Source of the DNA: Guillardia theta CCMP2712
Lineage: Eukaryota > Protista > Cryptophyta
Direction of reading: 5' to 3'
Assembly: GCF_000315625.1 (NCBI RefSeq)
Contig: NW_005434671.1
Location: 1,242,488-1,289,241, forward strand
DNA: 46,754 nucleotides
Part shown: one piece after another, positions 13,301 through 24,578 of the stretch
Position numbering within the stretch: the first letter of the stretch is position 1
Layout of the letters: each line of letters opens with the position of its first letter
Program-made: the position numbers and the translations under genes
Notes under the pieces: generated by a model
The model's database searches: none
Told to the model about the DNA's origin: nothing
Seen by the model: only the letters and a program-made list of their open reading frames with translations

Positions 13301-14046
13301 GCATAACTCCAAGATCAAAGGTCAATGACTACCTGACGAGTGAAAGCAAAACAAGTGCTGTTGGTCCCTCCACAAACCCCACAAACGTCTGTCTTCATTC
13401 CACTGTTAAACTTACCATCGCATCCCACACACTGGGCAACAAGATGTCCTAAAACAAAATTCTCAAAAATAGTCTTGATCTTTCCTTGATCATCAGTCCT
13501 CCGTTCTGCTCCTGCTCCAACTTCTACCCCAGCTCCTATGGCAGCTCCTTACCAACATTTACCTGAAGCGTTCGATGTATATGTGACACAGCGATCTTCG
13601 CTCGCGCACCAAGCGCAAGGCACGTCGACTTCTGAATCCTTCTCGCAGCTCTTCCTATCTCGTCGTAGCTCGCACAGCCCTGGAGGGCCCACGCATGCTG
13701 ACCACTTTCCGCATTCCAACTGCTGTCCTCGTTTTCCGCGCAGGCTTGTCGACTTTGATTTTCGTCGGATGGAGGAGACGGCTCTGACTCCGTCACCATC
13801 CGCATCCTCATTATGCTTTACCATGCACCATGCACACCCGCTTCTTCGCAAGCAGACTCGCTCCGTGTAGGCTTCTGTACAGGCTCCGGATCGAGCTGGC
13901 TCATAGCCCGATGATGCATGGGACATTCCACGATTTTTCGCCATGCTGGGCTGATCATCCACCATCTTCGGAACATCATGCAGTCCAGCACGAACAGCAA
14001 GCAAGAGAGGAAGCAAGAATGTAGTCCTCACCCAAAGCTTGCTCAT
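10377..14046 (-). CDS. NIPA-family Mg2+ transporter with signal peptide and Cys-rich N-terminal ectodomain (many exons; 3' end approximate)
   Basis: [24 protein letters not shown]; [55 protein letters not shown]; [11 protein letters not shown]; [39 protein letters not shown] are all NIPA signatures. Confidence 0.88.
10889..10946. repeat. (GGAT)n microsatellite in intron
   Basis: Direct reading. Confidence 0.95.
11353..11490. repeat. 14-bp tandem repeat (GTGGGGAGGAGAAG)~10 in intron
   Basis: Direct reading. Confidence 0.95.
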
Positions 14047-14469
14047 CGCGCTTTCTCGAATCAAACTTCGAATCAAAGCGCTGGAGTCTTCATTGACGGT
14101 TGTAGGCGTTCAAGGAATCGAGGAGCATCTTTCAGAGTGTCTCTTGCTTGACTGCCAAGAGCTCAGACGACCATCTGTGAGAGCTAGTTTAGTAGCTATC
14201 AAACAAACAACTTTGCAGTAAGAAAGAGTGGACAGCATCAGGTTCGAACGAGTAGAGAGTAGAGAGTCGAGCAGCTCGAAAATGAAGATGAATAGAATAA
14301 GAAGAGAAAGAAAGTCAAGGCGTGATGATGGCAATGTGAATCAGCAACAAAGTGGAAACGAGATCAGGAGGATCGGCAGGTAGACCAGCACAAAGGGGAG
14401 CAGAAACGGCAGGGGTAAGAGGATGATGAGCATTATTGCATTGAGCAAGAAGGGTAGAAGAGAGAGCCG

Positions 14470-14712
14470 TAGGAGCAGGAGGAGCCAGAGGAGCCGGAGG
14501 AGCAGGAGGAGCAGGAGGAGCAGGAGGAGCAGGAGGAGCAGGAGGAGGAGCAGGAGGAGGAGCAGGAGGAGCAGGAGGAGCAGGAGGAGCAGGAGGAGCA
14601 GGAGGAGCAGGAGGAGCAGGAGGAGCAGGAGGAGCAGGAGGAGCAGGAGGAGCAAGAGGAGCAGGAGGATCAGGACGAGCAGGATGAGCAGGAGGAGCAG
14701 GAGGATCAGGAG
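14470..14712. repeat. 9-bp (AGGAGCAGG)n tandem repeat, intergenic
   Basis: Direct reading; gives spurious PPA/RSR/poly-L ORFs. Confidence 0.9.
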
Positions 14713-15324
14713 GCGACGAAGTGAAGGAGAGGGCTTGGCGGGAGCAAGAGGCCCCCGCATGGCAAATTAAGGACGTAACGGCGTGTAACGATACTTCAGC
14801 CAAAAAAAGTCTTCAAATTGGCATTAAACTATGGAAATTTTATGTTTGGAGATTTGCGTTTTTTCATCGAAGAATTAAACTCAATGATGACTATTTGAAA
14901 TAATAGCAAAACATTTTCAACCATGACAATATGGTCATTTATATTCTATCACAACTTCTATTGTTCAAGCAAGCCTGCCCCTCCCACGTGTAGCAAATGT
15001 GTTTATTGTCACACAATAACGCTGGTACAAATATATTGCATTTTAATTGATATTGCAGTTTAATTTTGACTCTGGACGCAGTTTTATTGAGAAATTAAGG
15101 TTTTTGTAGTTTATTTTATGGTGAAATTGTAGCTTCAGGGAGACAGGGGTAGTGCCCTAGCAAAGAAGGCTAACCTGGGGTGGTGTTTAGTTAATAACAG
15201 GAGGGGGTAGTCAAAGGGGGTGATGGATGGAGACAAGCAGGGGTACTTCTTGTCATGTGGTGGGGTAGTAACATGAATACCAGACTCTGGTCAAGGGTAG
15301 GGGTGGAGCGAACGAAGAGTCACG

Positions 15325-16155
15325 ATGCAGGCGACATACGAACAGATCAAAGAGAAGATGACTGGGCCCGGCGAAGAAGGTGGGGAGAGGAGGAGAAGAT
15401 GCTGAGATGAGAGAAGAAGAGGAGAGGAGGCAGGGTGTCGGAAGGAGAGTATGGGAGATAAGTGAGCGATGATATCACAGCTGAGTCCTTGCAGAGGATC
15501 TAGGACTGTGGGAGGAATTGTGCGAATGTGCACATCATCACGAGGGGCGAGGCCTGAGCGTTTGGTGATGTCTTGTTTGCAGGGCAATGGTCTTCAGGTC
15601 TCTGCGATTGCTTCAGTGACTGCAGGTTTGCCAGTCTCTGCCTTGCTTTCGAATGTGTGATGGTGGTTTGTCCCAGACTCTGCATTGTCACGACAATTCC
15701 AGTCGTCAATGGATTGTCACAAGGGCAAGCATATACAGTCGTTGATGGCCATGAAGGCATCATCCAAGAGCCTCTCTGTGGCATAGTCGTTCCTCTTGTT
15801 GGAGAGTTCCTCTGCACGCCCCTCTTGTGCATACAGGTACCCTGACACAGCTCAATAGTTTCGTGGCCTCATTGCGCCTTGCAGCTTGCGATGCTCCGCA
15901 ACAAGTTCCATCAGCCTCCACACAACATTCAGAACTCAACATTCTGCCCTGAAATCGTGGAGGATGTTGTTTGCTCGGTCCTGTGCTGGTGGTGCACCCT
16001 GCAGCAGATACAGCGACACATGCAGGTATTTGTCTAATTCACATTCCTCCCTCCTCACTTTTCTATGGCAGTCTGTCAACGCAGGATACAAGGGACCTGT
16101 GTACCTTTTTGCACCTGACACCACAAATACGATGAATGATGCAAAGGACAGTTAA
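15325..16155 (+). CDS. PLAC8-family Cys-rich protein
   Basis: MQATYEQIKEKMTGPGEE/GQWSSGLCDCFSDC/...LCIQ/LAMLRNKF...EDVVCSVLCWWCTLQQIQRHM; WxxGLxDCxxD and CxxCxLxQ are PLAC8 motifs. Confidence 0.85.
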
Positions 16156-16464
16156 AAACGCTCGTGTCCCCATACCTATATTAGCTTTCTGTATGTTTCT
16201 TTACAATAGTGGAGATTGCCACTTCATTCATGTGTAGTAAGTTTTCGTTTTATGAAAATGTACAATGAAGAGTTCGACAAGCTGGTACCAAGTAGGGAAA
16301 AACTATTGCACTGGAGCGGCGGTCCAAAAACTTAGGCAGCATCTCGATCAGTTCAACAATCGACGACTGGAGAGAGGAAGAAACTTCCTGAGCATATATA
16401 TCCAAAGTCCTTGATGATTTCACAAGTGACATTTCAAGGTCAACAGTCAATAAAGCCTTTTCGC

Positions 16465-17761
16465 TCAGTGTGGAATGGCTTGAGAATATGCAAAAAGCCC
16501 AGCAAACACGATGAACTGCAAACATGTTTAGTCCAAGCAAGGGGAGTTAGATAAGACGACTTACTGTGCCTGCAAGCGCAACTTGAACGTCTTTCCCAGT
16601 CTCATGTTGTCGCATAGACTGATATTACACATGAGCTCTTGAAAGGGCAAAACAAAATGTTGCAATGTGGCATTCATCCTCACCTTAGGTTTCTGTAGCA
16701 TATACCATTCCAACGAATATTTTTCTGGCATCTTTTCGAGCTTCGAGTATTGCAATGCTTTTCCTCCTCCTTTGATGACATCTAGCTCAACGTGTCAGAA
16801 CTCAGACCCAGCCATGTCAGTTTCATCGTACCAATTTTCTCAAGATCAATCCATTGAAAATATTCCTCCCCCAGGTCTAGCTGCGGGGCAGTGTAAATGT
16901 ATTCGAGCCCTTTCGCTACCCTTCGTACGTCCACATCCTCATGTGACATCAATGCTCTGAGGGTTTGGACTGCTTTCCCTCGCTTCGTCAAGTCAGACAG
17001 ACGAAAAAACTCTTATGACATGTTACCTGTCCAGATGCATCAAGGGCTTGACCCAACCAAATTGTGTATTGCCCTCCTTCCCGGCTAGCTGCTCCACCAG
17101 GGGATATTTGAATCGCTTTGGTGAAGGACTCGATTGCTAATCTGTATTGACCATTGTCGAAGCTTTTCACGCCTGATCTGAAGAATTCCTCTGCCTTTGC
17201 AAGTCTGCCCTGGCGCACACGCAACATGCTCTTTGCCTTTTTGAGGTCTCCGTTGCATTCCATCAGTATCTGCTCCATAACCCAATCTGGAACTCTATCT
17301 TCCTCATAAACTTGCAGCCCCTCGCCCCGGCTAGCAACTTTGCTGTCCAATCTGGCACCAAAGACTTTCACCTTTTCCTCCTTTCTAGGCCCTCTATCAA
17401 TCTTGGTCAGCATGGTCATTGACTCTTCGTTGTCTTCCGCGCCTTTGTTAACTGTCTCACCTGCCCTTGGCGACATCTGCGTCTCTATTGATTGTTTTCC
17501 ACGCAGACCGTCGAACTTGCTTTGCGACATTTGCGAGCCCATATTCACTTCGCCTGACATGACAAGCTTCGAGGTTTGGATGTAACTGAGAAGACTTGCT
17601 CCTCGTAAGGCACCTCCCTGCCTCAGCAGAGGTGGGGGCATCAAGAACGCCGGTTGCAGCTTCCAATCTCGGACAACACGGTCCCCGCTTGCAATGGGAG
17701 GATGGAACATTGCAAGCATTACGAAGTAAAATATACTCCGCTTGCATCCCGAGCTACACAT
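16465..17761 (-). CDS. TPR protein, probably plastid-targeted, with C-terminal TM helix (3' end approximate)
   Basis: Signal-like N-terminus then PAF; TPR AEEFFRSGVKSFDNGQYRLAIESFTKAI; GGQYTIWLGQALDASGQ/RGKAVQTLRALMSHEDVDVRRVAKGLEYIYTAPQL resembles the cyanobacterial/plant plastid TPR family (GGE.QIWL..A...H...IRRQA..L.YIL.AP.L); last exon FIVFAGLFAYSQAIPH*. Confidence 0.7.
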
Positions 17762-20529
17762 CTGCAGGAACACGAATCAATGAGAGAAGCATTTGTACAA
17801 GTTGTTATAACGACACGGCTTCCATGTGATGAAGTTAATTGCACGTGATCACTGAACTCTAACTCACTCTATGAATGGCTGTCCCTCCACTCCATAAAAT
17901 TATCTCAAGGAATAAAACATAACAATGTTGGCAACTCCTGGATTTACAACAATCTGCCTGTCTGAGTTTTCCCGTTTAAGGCTTTTTTTGCATACACTGC
18001 CCCATGGCTCCTCTTCACTCAGTCTGCGTGGACAATTTGTCTATCTACTTGAGCAATTTCATTTCTCATACTTTTGTGTGTAAATGGTGCAAACTTCCCC
18101 GAGCATGCAAAACATCATTTCCACTAGGGATCGTCTACAACTATCATCGGCCCTGTTCCTCCTTGTCTACAACTATCATCGGCCCTGTTCCTCCTTGACT
18201 TGATGATCATCATCTTGTTGTTGCATAGGCATCGTCTCTAGCTCAAGATTCGGATCAGCTCCTTGCCCAGCACCTTCACCGCTTCTCTCTGCATCCTTCT
18301 CTCTTCATCGTTTTCTTATCACGCGCTGCCATGGCGGGGATTGAAGGGGAGGCAAGGTGGCTGGAGAGAGTAGTGTTGGGGTTGGGGTCTCTGAATTGAG
18401 GGGGTAGGGGTCAATATCGCATATGGGGTGGGGTTCGAATTCATGGGAAATGAAGGTCTAAGAGTCCTATCAATGGCGGGTGGGTCATGATCATGAGGAG
18501 GTAGGGGTAGTAGGGACGCAAGGAGGAGTTGCAGTCTTGTTGCAGAAATTGAAAAACGGTGGTAGGGTGGGCAGGAAGGTGGGGGTCCAATCTAACTTGA
18601 AGGGGTCAATTAGACTCCGGTTTTCTCTCCATACGTGGGGTGGGTACCATGTAGGGAGGAGAGTATCTCTGATCCAAGGAAGGGGTACATGTTCATGCAT
18701 GTGATAACATGCAGAGAAGGACCCGGGTAGTAAAAAGTAAAAGGGGGGGGGTACTTACCTGTGTGAGGATTTCCGGGAGGGTACCTTTCGTTAGTAAACA
18801 GGGGGGTAGAAGATTAGCGGACGAGGGGTGGTGAGAGAGATTGAATCGGGTTCTTTGCATATAATTTTCAGGATAGCATTATATATAAATATCATAAAAT
18901 TTATAATTGATGAAGAAACAAACAACGGTTCAACTCCATGGACATAAACTTCAAAATTATATATAAATACCCAAATTATATATAATTTTGATGCACTGTT
19001 ATTATAAGTACTTTTTTTTCCCCGTTCAGTCCTCACGCCGGATTTAGAACAGGAAAATGGTGAGTAAGCGAAGCGGCGGCAGTGATGGTTGTGGCTATGC
19101 TTTGCACTACCCCCTTCTATGGCAATCATCATTCTCCTCACTTTGTTACAAATGGATAACTCGTACATCTTTTTGCCCTCCTTCTCTGTTCTTTTGTTTT
19201 CCATTCCTTGAATCTTCACCTCATCGTCAGAAATCCACTTTTGTTGTTCACGCTCATGCTTATCATTTATTTCGACCCTCTTGTCCGTACTCATATCGTC
19301 CTCTTTGCAATGCGATGTAAGTGTCCGAAAAGTCTATGCAGCTGCAAGGCTGTTTGGTGCAACATACTCCTCAGCACACCTACCTGGTTCCTTCAGGAAG
19401 CCTTGGATTACTTGATTCTTTTTTGTTCCTTCTGTTCCTTCTCATCCTCGATCTACACATAGTTTCGATTCCCAACTGATTATATCAAACAATTACTTCG
19501 AAAATAGTCATTGTCGTGGTTGCCTTGATTTCTGGCAGCGATTCGCTTGTATGCCAACTTCCACGAATCGTTTTGTTGTTGGGCACTGTCTGATCGTCTC
19601 AAATCTTGCTTGCTTGTTCCTTTCGTCCTGCATGTCCTACTCAGTAGCACCGCCACATCATTTCTTTATACGAGAGTAGGGTTCTTAATCGCTTTGCTGG
19701 TGAATTCCTTTATTTTCTTACGTATCATCTGGTTGATTTCTCTTCCATGTCTCCCCTGGCTGGATGTCATGATACACGATTATTTTCATTATTGAATCAT
19801 TTTGTACACCTGTCATTCATTCATTTGACACTCCTGGCTCTTTACTGAAACGTGGTTGCAGTTTGAGCTCGCAGTCAAGACTTTCCAGACTGAAATGCTT
19901 TGGGGAGATTCAGACATGGTTGGTGCCGCATTGCTTTGACTAACGATGCTAACCTTCTGTAGGAGAAGAGCTCATACGAGCACGAGGCTTTGAAGGCTTG
20001 CAAGTACCAGGTTCTGACTGCGATGCCTCTGAATGTGCCGCAATAACAAGATGTGCAGGCAAGCTGCAACCTGACCAGACAAGCTCAGGCCAAGAAGTCA
20101 AAGAAATCGTTGCATATCATTCACATCGGAAACATTTGTGAGTTTATTTTGTGTTTTTTACGTCCTTCGATCGCATGCGTCCCGAGCACACACTTGTCAA
20201 TACTGACTCATGCTTGCAGATTGATTTCTAGTATGGTTTGATGTCGTTAGGACTCGAACTTTTCCAACAGCGTTGGCGTTGATGGACTCATGCTGTGTTG
20301 AATTCCTGCAATGACATTGTTTTCGAAATATTTACGATTTTGTAGTAACAACGGATTATGTGTTTTTCGGACTCTTTTGTTTTGTTCCTGTTGTTTTTCT
20401 GCCATCGCGAATGTTGTGTAGGAATTGCTTGTTCACTTCTTCTTTTTGGCCGCTGCCCCTTTCGCATCTTTGCCCTGCAACCCCACATGCCGAGGCATAG
20501 TTCAGTGATTTCACTTCAAAGTTAAAATA

Positions 20530-21107
20530 GTACCTTCGCCGCTTTCCCCTTGTCTCCTTTGGCTGGAGCCGCGCCTCCACCTGCTGCTTCCCACTCAGTT
20601 GCTTTCCTCTCCACCATCTGAAGAAACCTTGTATGCCTCCTCCCGGTCGACACATAGGAGGTTCAGACGGACGAACTTGAGGTCTCCTCCCTATCATTGT
20701 TAAAAATTTGAGGACAAGAAACAAAGGTCACCTGGATAGTCCCAGAATGAACCGAAGTAAACCGGTGGGGCATGAACCTGGGTGATAAGGGAGGGTCAAA
20801 CCGCATGATGAAGGAGCGGAGACATCTCACTCTAGGGTCATAAGGTGGAGGAATGACCTTCAGGACACAGAGTCAGAAGCCAAATCATTGAGAGCTAGCT
20901 TCGGGAAACCTTCACGGGCTCGAGTGGCGGACCGTCGAGTGGTATGGGCAGCTTCGGTCCTTTGGGTTTGTCGGAGGGTGGAGGAGCTGCTCCTCCCTTG
21001 GCTCCCTTTTATCGATCGCGTCATTATCAGATTTTCATGGAGATTCTTGTTACCTTAGCAGCCTTGGCATCTTTTCCCTTGGCTGCTTTCGCGTCCTTGG
21101 GCGGCAT
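20530..21107 (-). CDS. Small Lys/Ala/Pro-rich hypothetical protein (multi-exon; 3' part and phase uncertain)
   Basis: ATG at 21107 gives MPPKDAKAAKGKDAKAAK/GAKGGAAPPPSDKPKGPKLPIPLDGPPLEPVK/VIPPPYDPR with canonical short introns. Confidence 0.55.
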
Positions 21108-22115
21108 TGGGGCCTCAACGGCGTCTAGCCGCGAACTGTTTCTCCTACAGAAACTCTTTTTGTTTACCCTTTAATCGCTTCTCCCCTCCCCAACTTCGAG
21201 CTTTGTGGTTGTATGCAACCCTCGAAGTCTCTGTGGTATACGATCCCTTTGCCTGAAATGTGGTTCAATTCAAACCATCATGGTTTGACAACAGGCATGC
21301 TCGCGAGAATCAGTGACGTGATGATGACGTTATATTCTGAATTCGCGTGTATCCTAGCTCGTTCAGAATGCATCAAACTTCACCCTTCCCTTACTCTCCA
21401 AACCACCTCTAACCGACTCTGCAACGGAATCCCTCTTCTTGCTATGACCCTTCCCACATTTTACACCACCACCCTCGAAGAAATATTTGCCGAAATGTAT
21501 GTCACATTGAGAGATTGTGCCCTAGCCTTATAGTTGGATCCTCTTCCAAGCTACAGTCGTGAGACTATCTCTGCCAAAGATCCTGATCTTCGCCAACCAT
21601 CGATGTCCTCCCAAATTGCTCAGAGCTTTCTCTTGCCCTCGCAGCTGAGTCTTTCTACTTAATTCATCATACTCATTGTAATGGTCCAAGTCGGCATTTC
21701 TTCTTCATCTCCCCGCTTCCTACTTCAATCCTTCCTCTCCTTCCTCCTCGCCATTGATCATCTGCCGACGCGCGCCAACGGTTGAGAGGATGAGGGCGAT
21801 GATTTCAGGGCCTCGGCCAATCACTGGGACTGGGGTAGCAGCACCCGGTGGCCTTGGCAACTTGAACTTTGGCCCTCATACCGCAAGATTCTGCCCCACC
21901 CCCACAGCCCCACCCCCCGATTTTGATGTCGCCATTTATCAAAACTACCACCCCCCACCCCCATGGTTCCCCCTTCTCTCTCGTGGCTTTTTTTTTAGGG
22001 CAGCACGAGCCGGCAGGAGGCAGGCAGCAGGTATGGCAGACGAACGCTTTACATCCCGCGCGCATGTCACGAGAGATGCTAGCTCCTGTTACATACACTG
22101 ATACCAAGAACAGCA

Positions 22116-22326
22116 TATCACGATGATCTTGCTCTTATGTGTAGTCTCGATCAAAATCTTTGTCTCACTCTTTGAATTCGGCACCTTGACATGAGCAATG
22201 TGATTCAGAATCAAGAAATGTGAGGGTTGCGGTTGGGAGTTGCTTTGAATGCAGGATGACACATGGTGGCATGATAGTTACAATCAAGATGTTTTGATCT
22301 TGATCTGTTGTACTGTTTGCTGAAGT
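22116..22326 (+). ncRNA. Candidate intronic box C/D snoRNA cluster in the RPL13 5'-leader intron
   Basis: C-like boxes (CGATGA 22121, GTGATT 22200, GGATGA 22255), D-like boxes (ATGA 22191, GTGA 22220, CTGA 22320), and two elements complementary to remembered rRNA consensus placed just before D-like boxes. Confidence 0.4.
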
Positions 22327-22532
22327 GTTGATGTCTTTTTCTGCACGGAAGATCGATGTCCCGCACGAGCTTTTAGTGTTAAATGTGCAGGCTTATTGTA
22401 TTTGTTTCTTGCCTTGTTTCTTGCATGAAGAAACAAGTAACCGATCTTTCACATGTGTTGCAATTTTGCGCTTTCATGCTTATAGTGAACAGTTTGCATG
22501 ATTTTTGACTGTGATCCGCCAGGTGATTCAGG

Positions 22533-23251
22533 ATGCCCAACTTCCGCCTCCAGATCCCGAATAACCACTTCCACAAGCACTGGCATGACAGTGCTGCCCA
22601 CAAGGGACGCATTGTCACTTGGCACAACCAGGCTGCTCGCAAGCACAGGCGAAGGGAAGCTCGTCTTGCCAAGGCTGTGAGTGTGTTCCCCCGCCCTGTC
22701 AACGGACTCCTCCGCCCAGTTGTCCACTGCCCTACCATCCGCTACAACTCCAAGAAGCGCGCTGGCAAGGGCTTCACTCTGGAGGAGCTGAAGGAGGCTG
22801 GCATTTCCCGCAAGCAGGCCCTCACCATCGGCATCTCTGTTGATTTCCGCAGGAAGAACCGCTCCGAGCAGTCGCTCAAGGAGAACGTGTCGCGTCTTCA
22901 GGAGTACAAGGCGAAGTTGATTGTCTTCCCCAGAAAGACCCGTGGAAAGCCTGTTACTGGGGATTCATCTAAGGAGGAGTGCGCCAAGGCTGAGCAGCTC
23001 ATCGGTGACGTTATGCCCATTGTTAAGCCCAAGCCAAGCATTGTATCATACACTCCCACCAAGGTTAGTTTGCATGGAGCAATGCTCGTCCTACTATCTT
23101 TGTGTGACTTGTCTTGCAGGAGGAGCTTGGAAAGGAAGTATACAAGACGCTGCGCAAGGCAAGAGCAGACGCTGGCCTTGTTGGCAAGCGTGCGGCTCGT
23201 GCCAAGAAGAAGGCAGAGGAGGAAGCGGAGGCGGCGAAGATGAAGGCCTAA
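22533..23251 (+). CDS. RPL13: 60S ribosomal protein L13 (eL13); intron 23064-23119
   Basis: [10 protein letters not shown]...[10 protein letters not shown]...PRP...[28 protein letters not shown]...[12 protein letters not shown]...YKAKLIVFP; last exon [22 protein letters not shown]. Confidence 0.97.
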
Positions 23252-23474
23252 TTTTTTGTCTCATGGAATACAAGAAACAAATCCATTCTCCGTATGTTTA
23301 TTTCTTGGTACTTGCTATGAGAAAAAGAATTTCGATTGTAATACCAACGTCATTCATGTTGCTCAAATTTATCTCCATGGTCGAAAACAATTGTGATCAC
23401 ACTTGCTCAAGGTTTTGCTTGGGAAAATCTTCCGAGAACATCGGTGGTACGTTCACAAATCCTTCACAGCTGTG

Positions 23475-24578
23475 TCATCCTTCGCTGTGAGACTTGTTGG
23501 AGCCTATTGAAGTCCACTTGCCTTGCAAAGGGTCCCACACTTCCTCCTCCTCGTCCTCCCAATCTTCACGGACATCTTTCTTGCAGAGAGGGCACATGGC
23601 TTTGTGCCCTTTCAGCCAGCGGTCTATACACATGTTGTGAAAGCGATGATTGCAAGGAAGTACGCGCTGGGTGTCTCCTACTTTCCACTCCTCCTGACAG
23701 ACGGGGCAGTGACCTTCCTCGCTCTCTTGCAAGCTTCTCAATTCCAAGCAGTTAATGTCGTCATCTTGTGCTGTCTCTGCCTCCTGCTCCGCCTCTCTCC
23801 TCCTCCATCCTCCTGCCGCAACATCTCCAATTTCATCCGCAGAGTCATAGGAATCCTCCAAGTCTTCCTCGTCGTCACTTCCTCCTGAGCCGCCATCCCC
23901 TTGCTCGTTGCCATGCACGCCAAATCTCAGCATGTACGCCATGCTCTCCATCTGCATGCTGTGATCATATGCCGCTTGCATGGCCCTGGCAATGATCTCA
24001 TCCTTGGTTGTGTCTGGACCTTCTCCCTCATTGTTCTTCGCATCGAAGTATGCTCTCAGAACGGCATTCACATCCGCAGTCCCCGTCGAGTCAACTAGGG
24101 ACATGTCCATGCAAAGAAGGAACGCGCGGCAAGCAAACTCTTGAGAGAAGTCAAAGTACTGCTTGAGAGACTCCAGGTCAAGCTCCGGGTGCTTCTGGAA
24201 GTATTTCTCGACTTTGTTCATGTCCGACATGCTCTTACCGTCCTTGGAGATGTAATGAATCACGTACGCGCCCTCTCCATCCAGCTGCACGGCAATCCTC
24301 CATCCAATGGGCAGATATCGTTCTTGCCTGCAGCACATTCAGCTTCCAAAAGGCGAAGGCAAAGTTTTAACGCGTTCCTCCAACCAAGGAAGACAGCGGG
24401 GGGCGAGGATTGAGACAACGGGGAAATGCAGGAGGCGGACAAGCAGGAGGCGGACAAGCAGGAGGGGAAGGAGGACAGACCTTGCTGGCGTCTTCTGATT
24501 GACGTCAACCCAATCGCTCTCATCCTCCCACTCGTCCTCCTCCTCCACGTTGCCGCCCTGCTTGCTCATCCCTTGCAT
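23475..24578 (-). CDS. MBD-like domain + C-terminal RING-H2 protein (putative E3 ligase); one intron ~24480-24328
   Basis: LPIGWR...YVIHYISKDGKSMSDMNKVEKYF...YFDFS (MBD-fold pattern); CPVCQEEW...LPCNHRFHNMCIDRWL...CPLCK (RING-H2). Confidence 0.85.

Noticed and set aside
14315-14803. (PPA)n extensin-like, (RSR)n SR-like or poly-Leu ORFs
   Set aside because: All derive from a 9-bp tandem repeat, with no supporting splice structure or unique domain.
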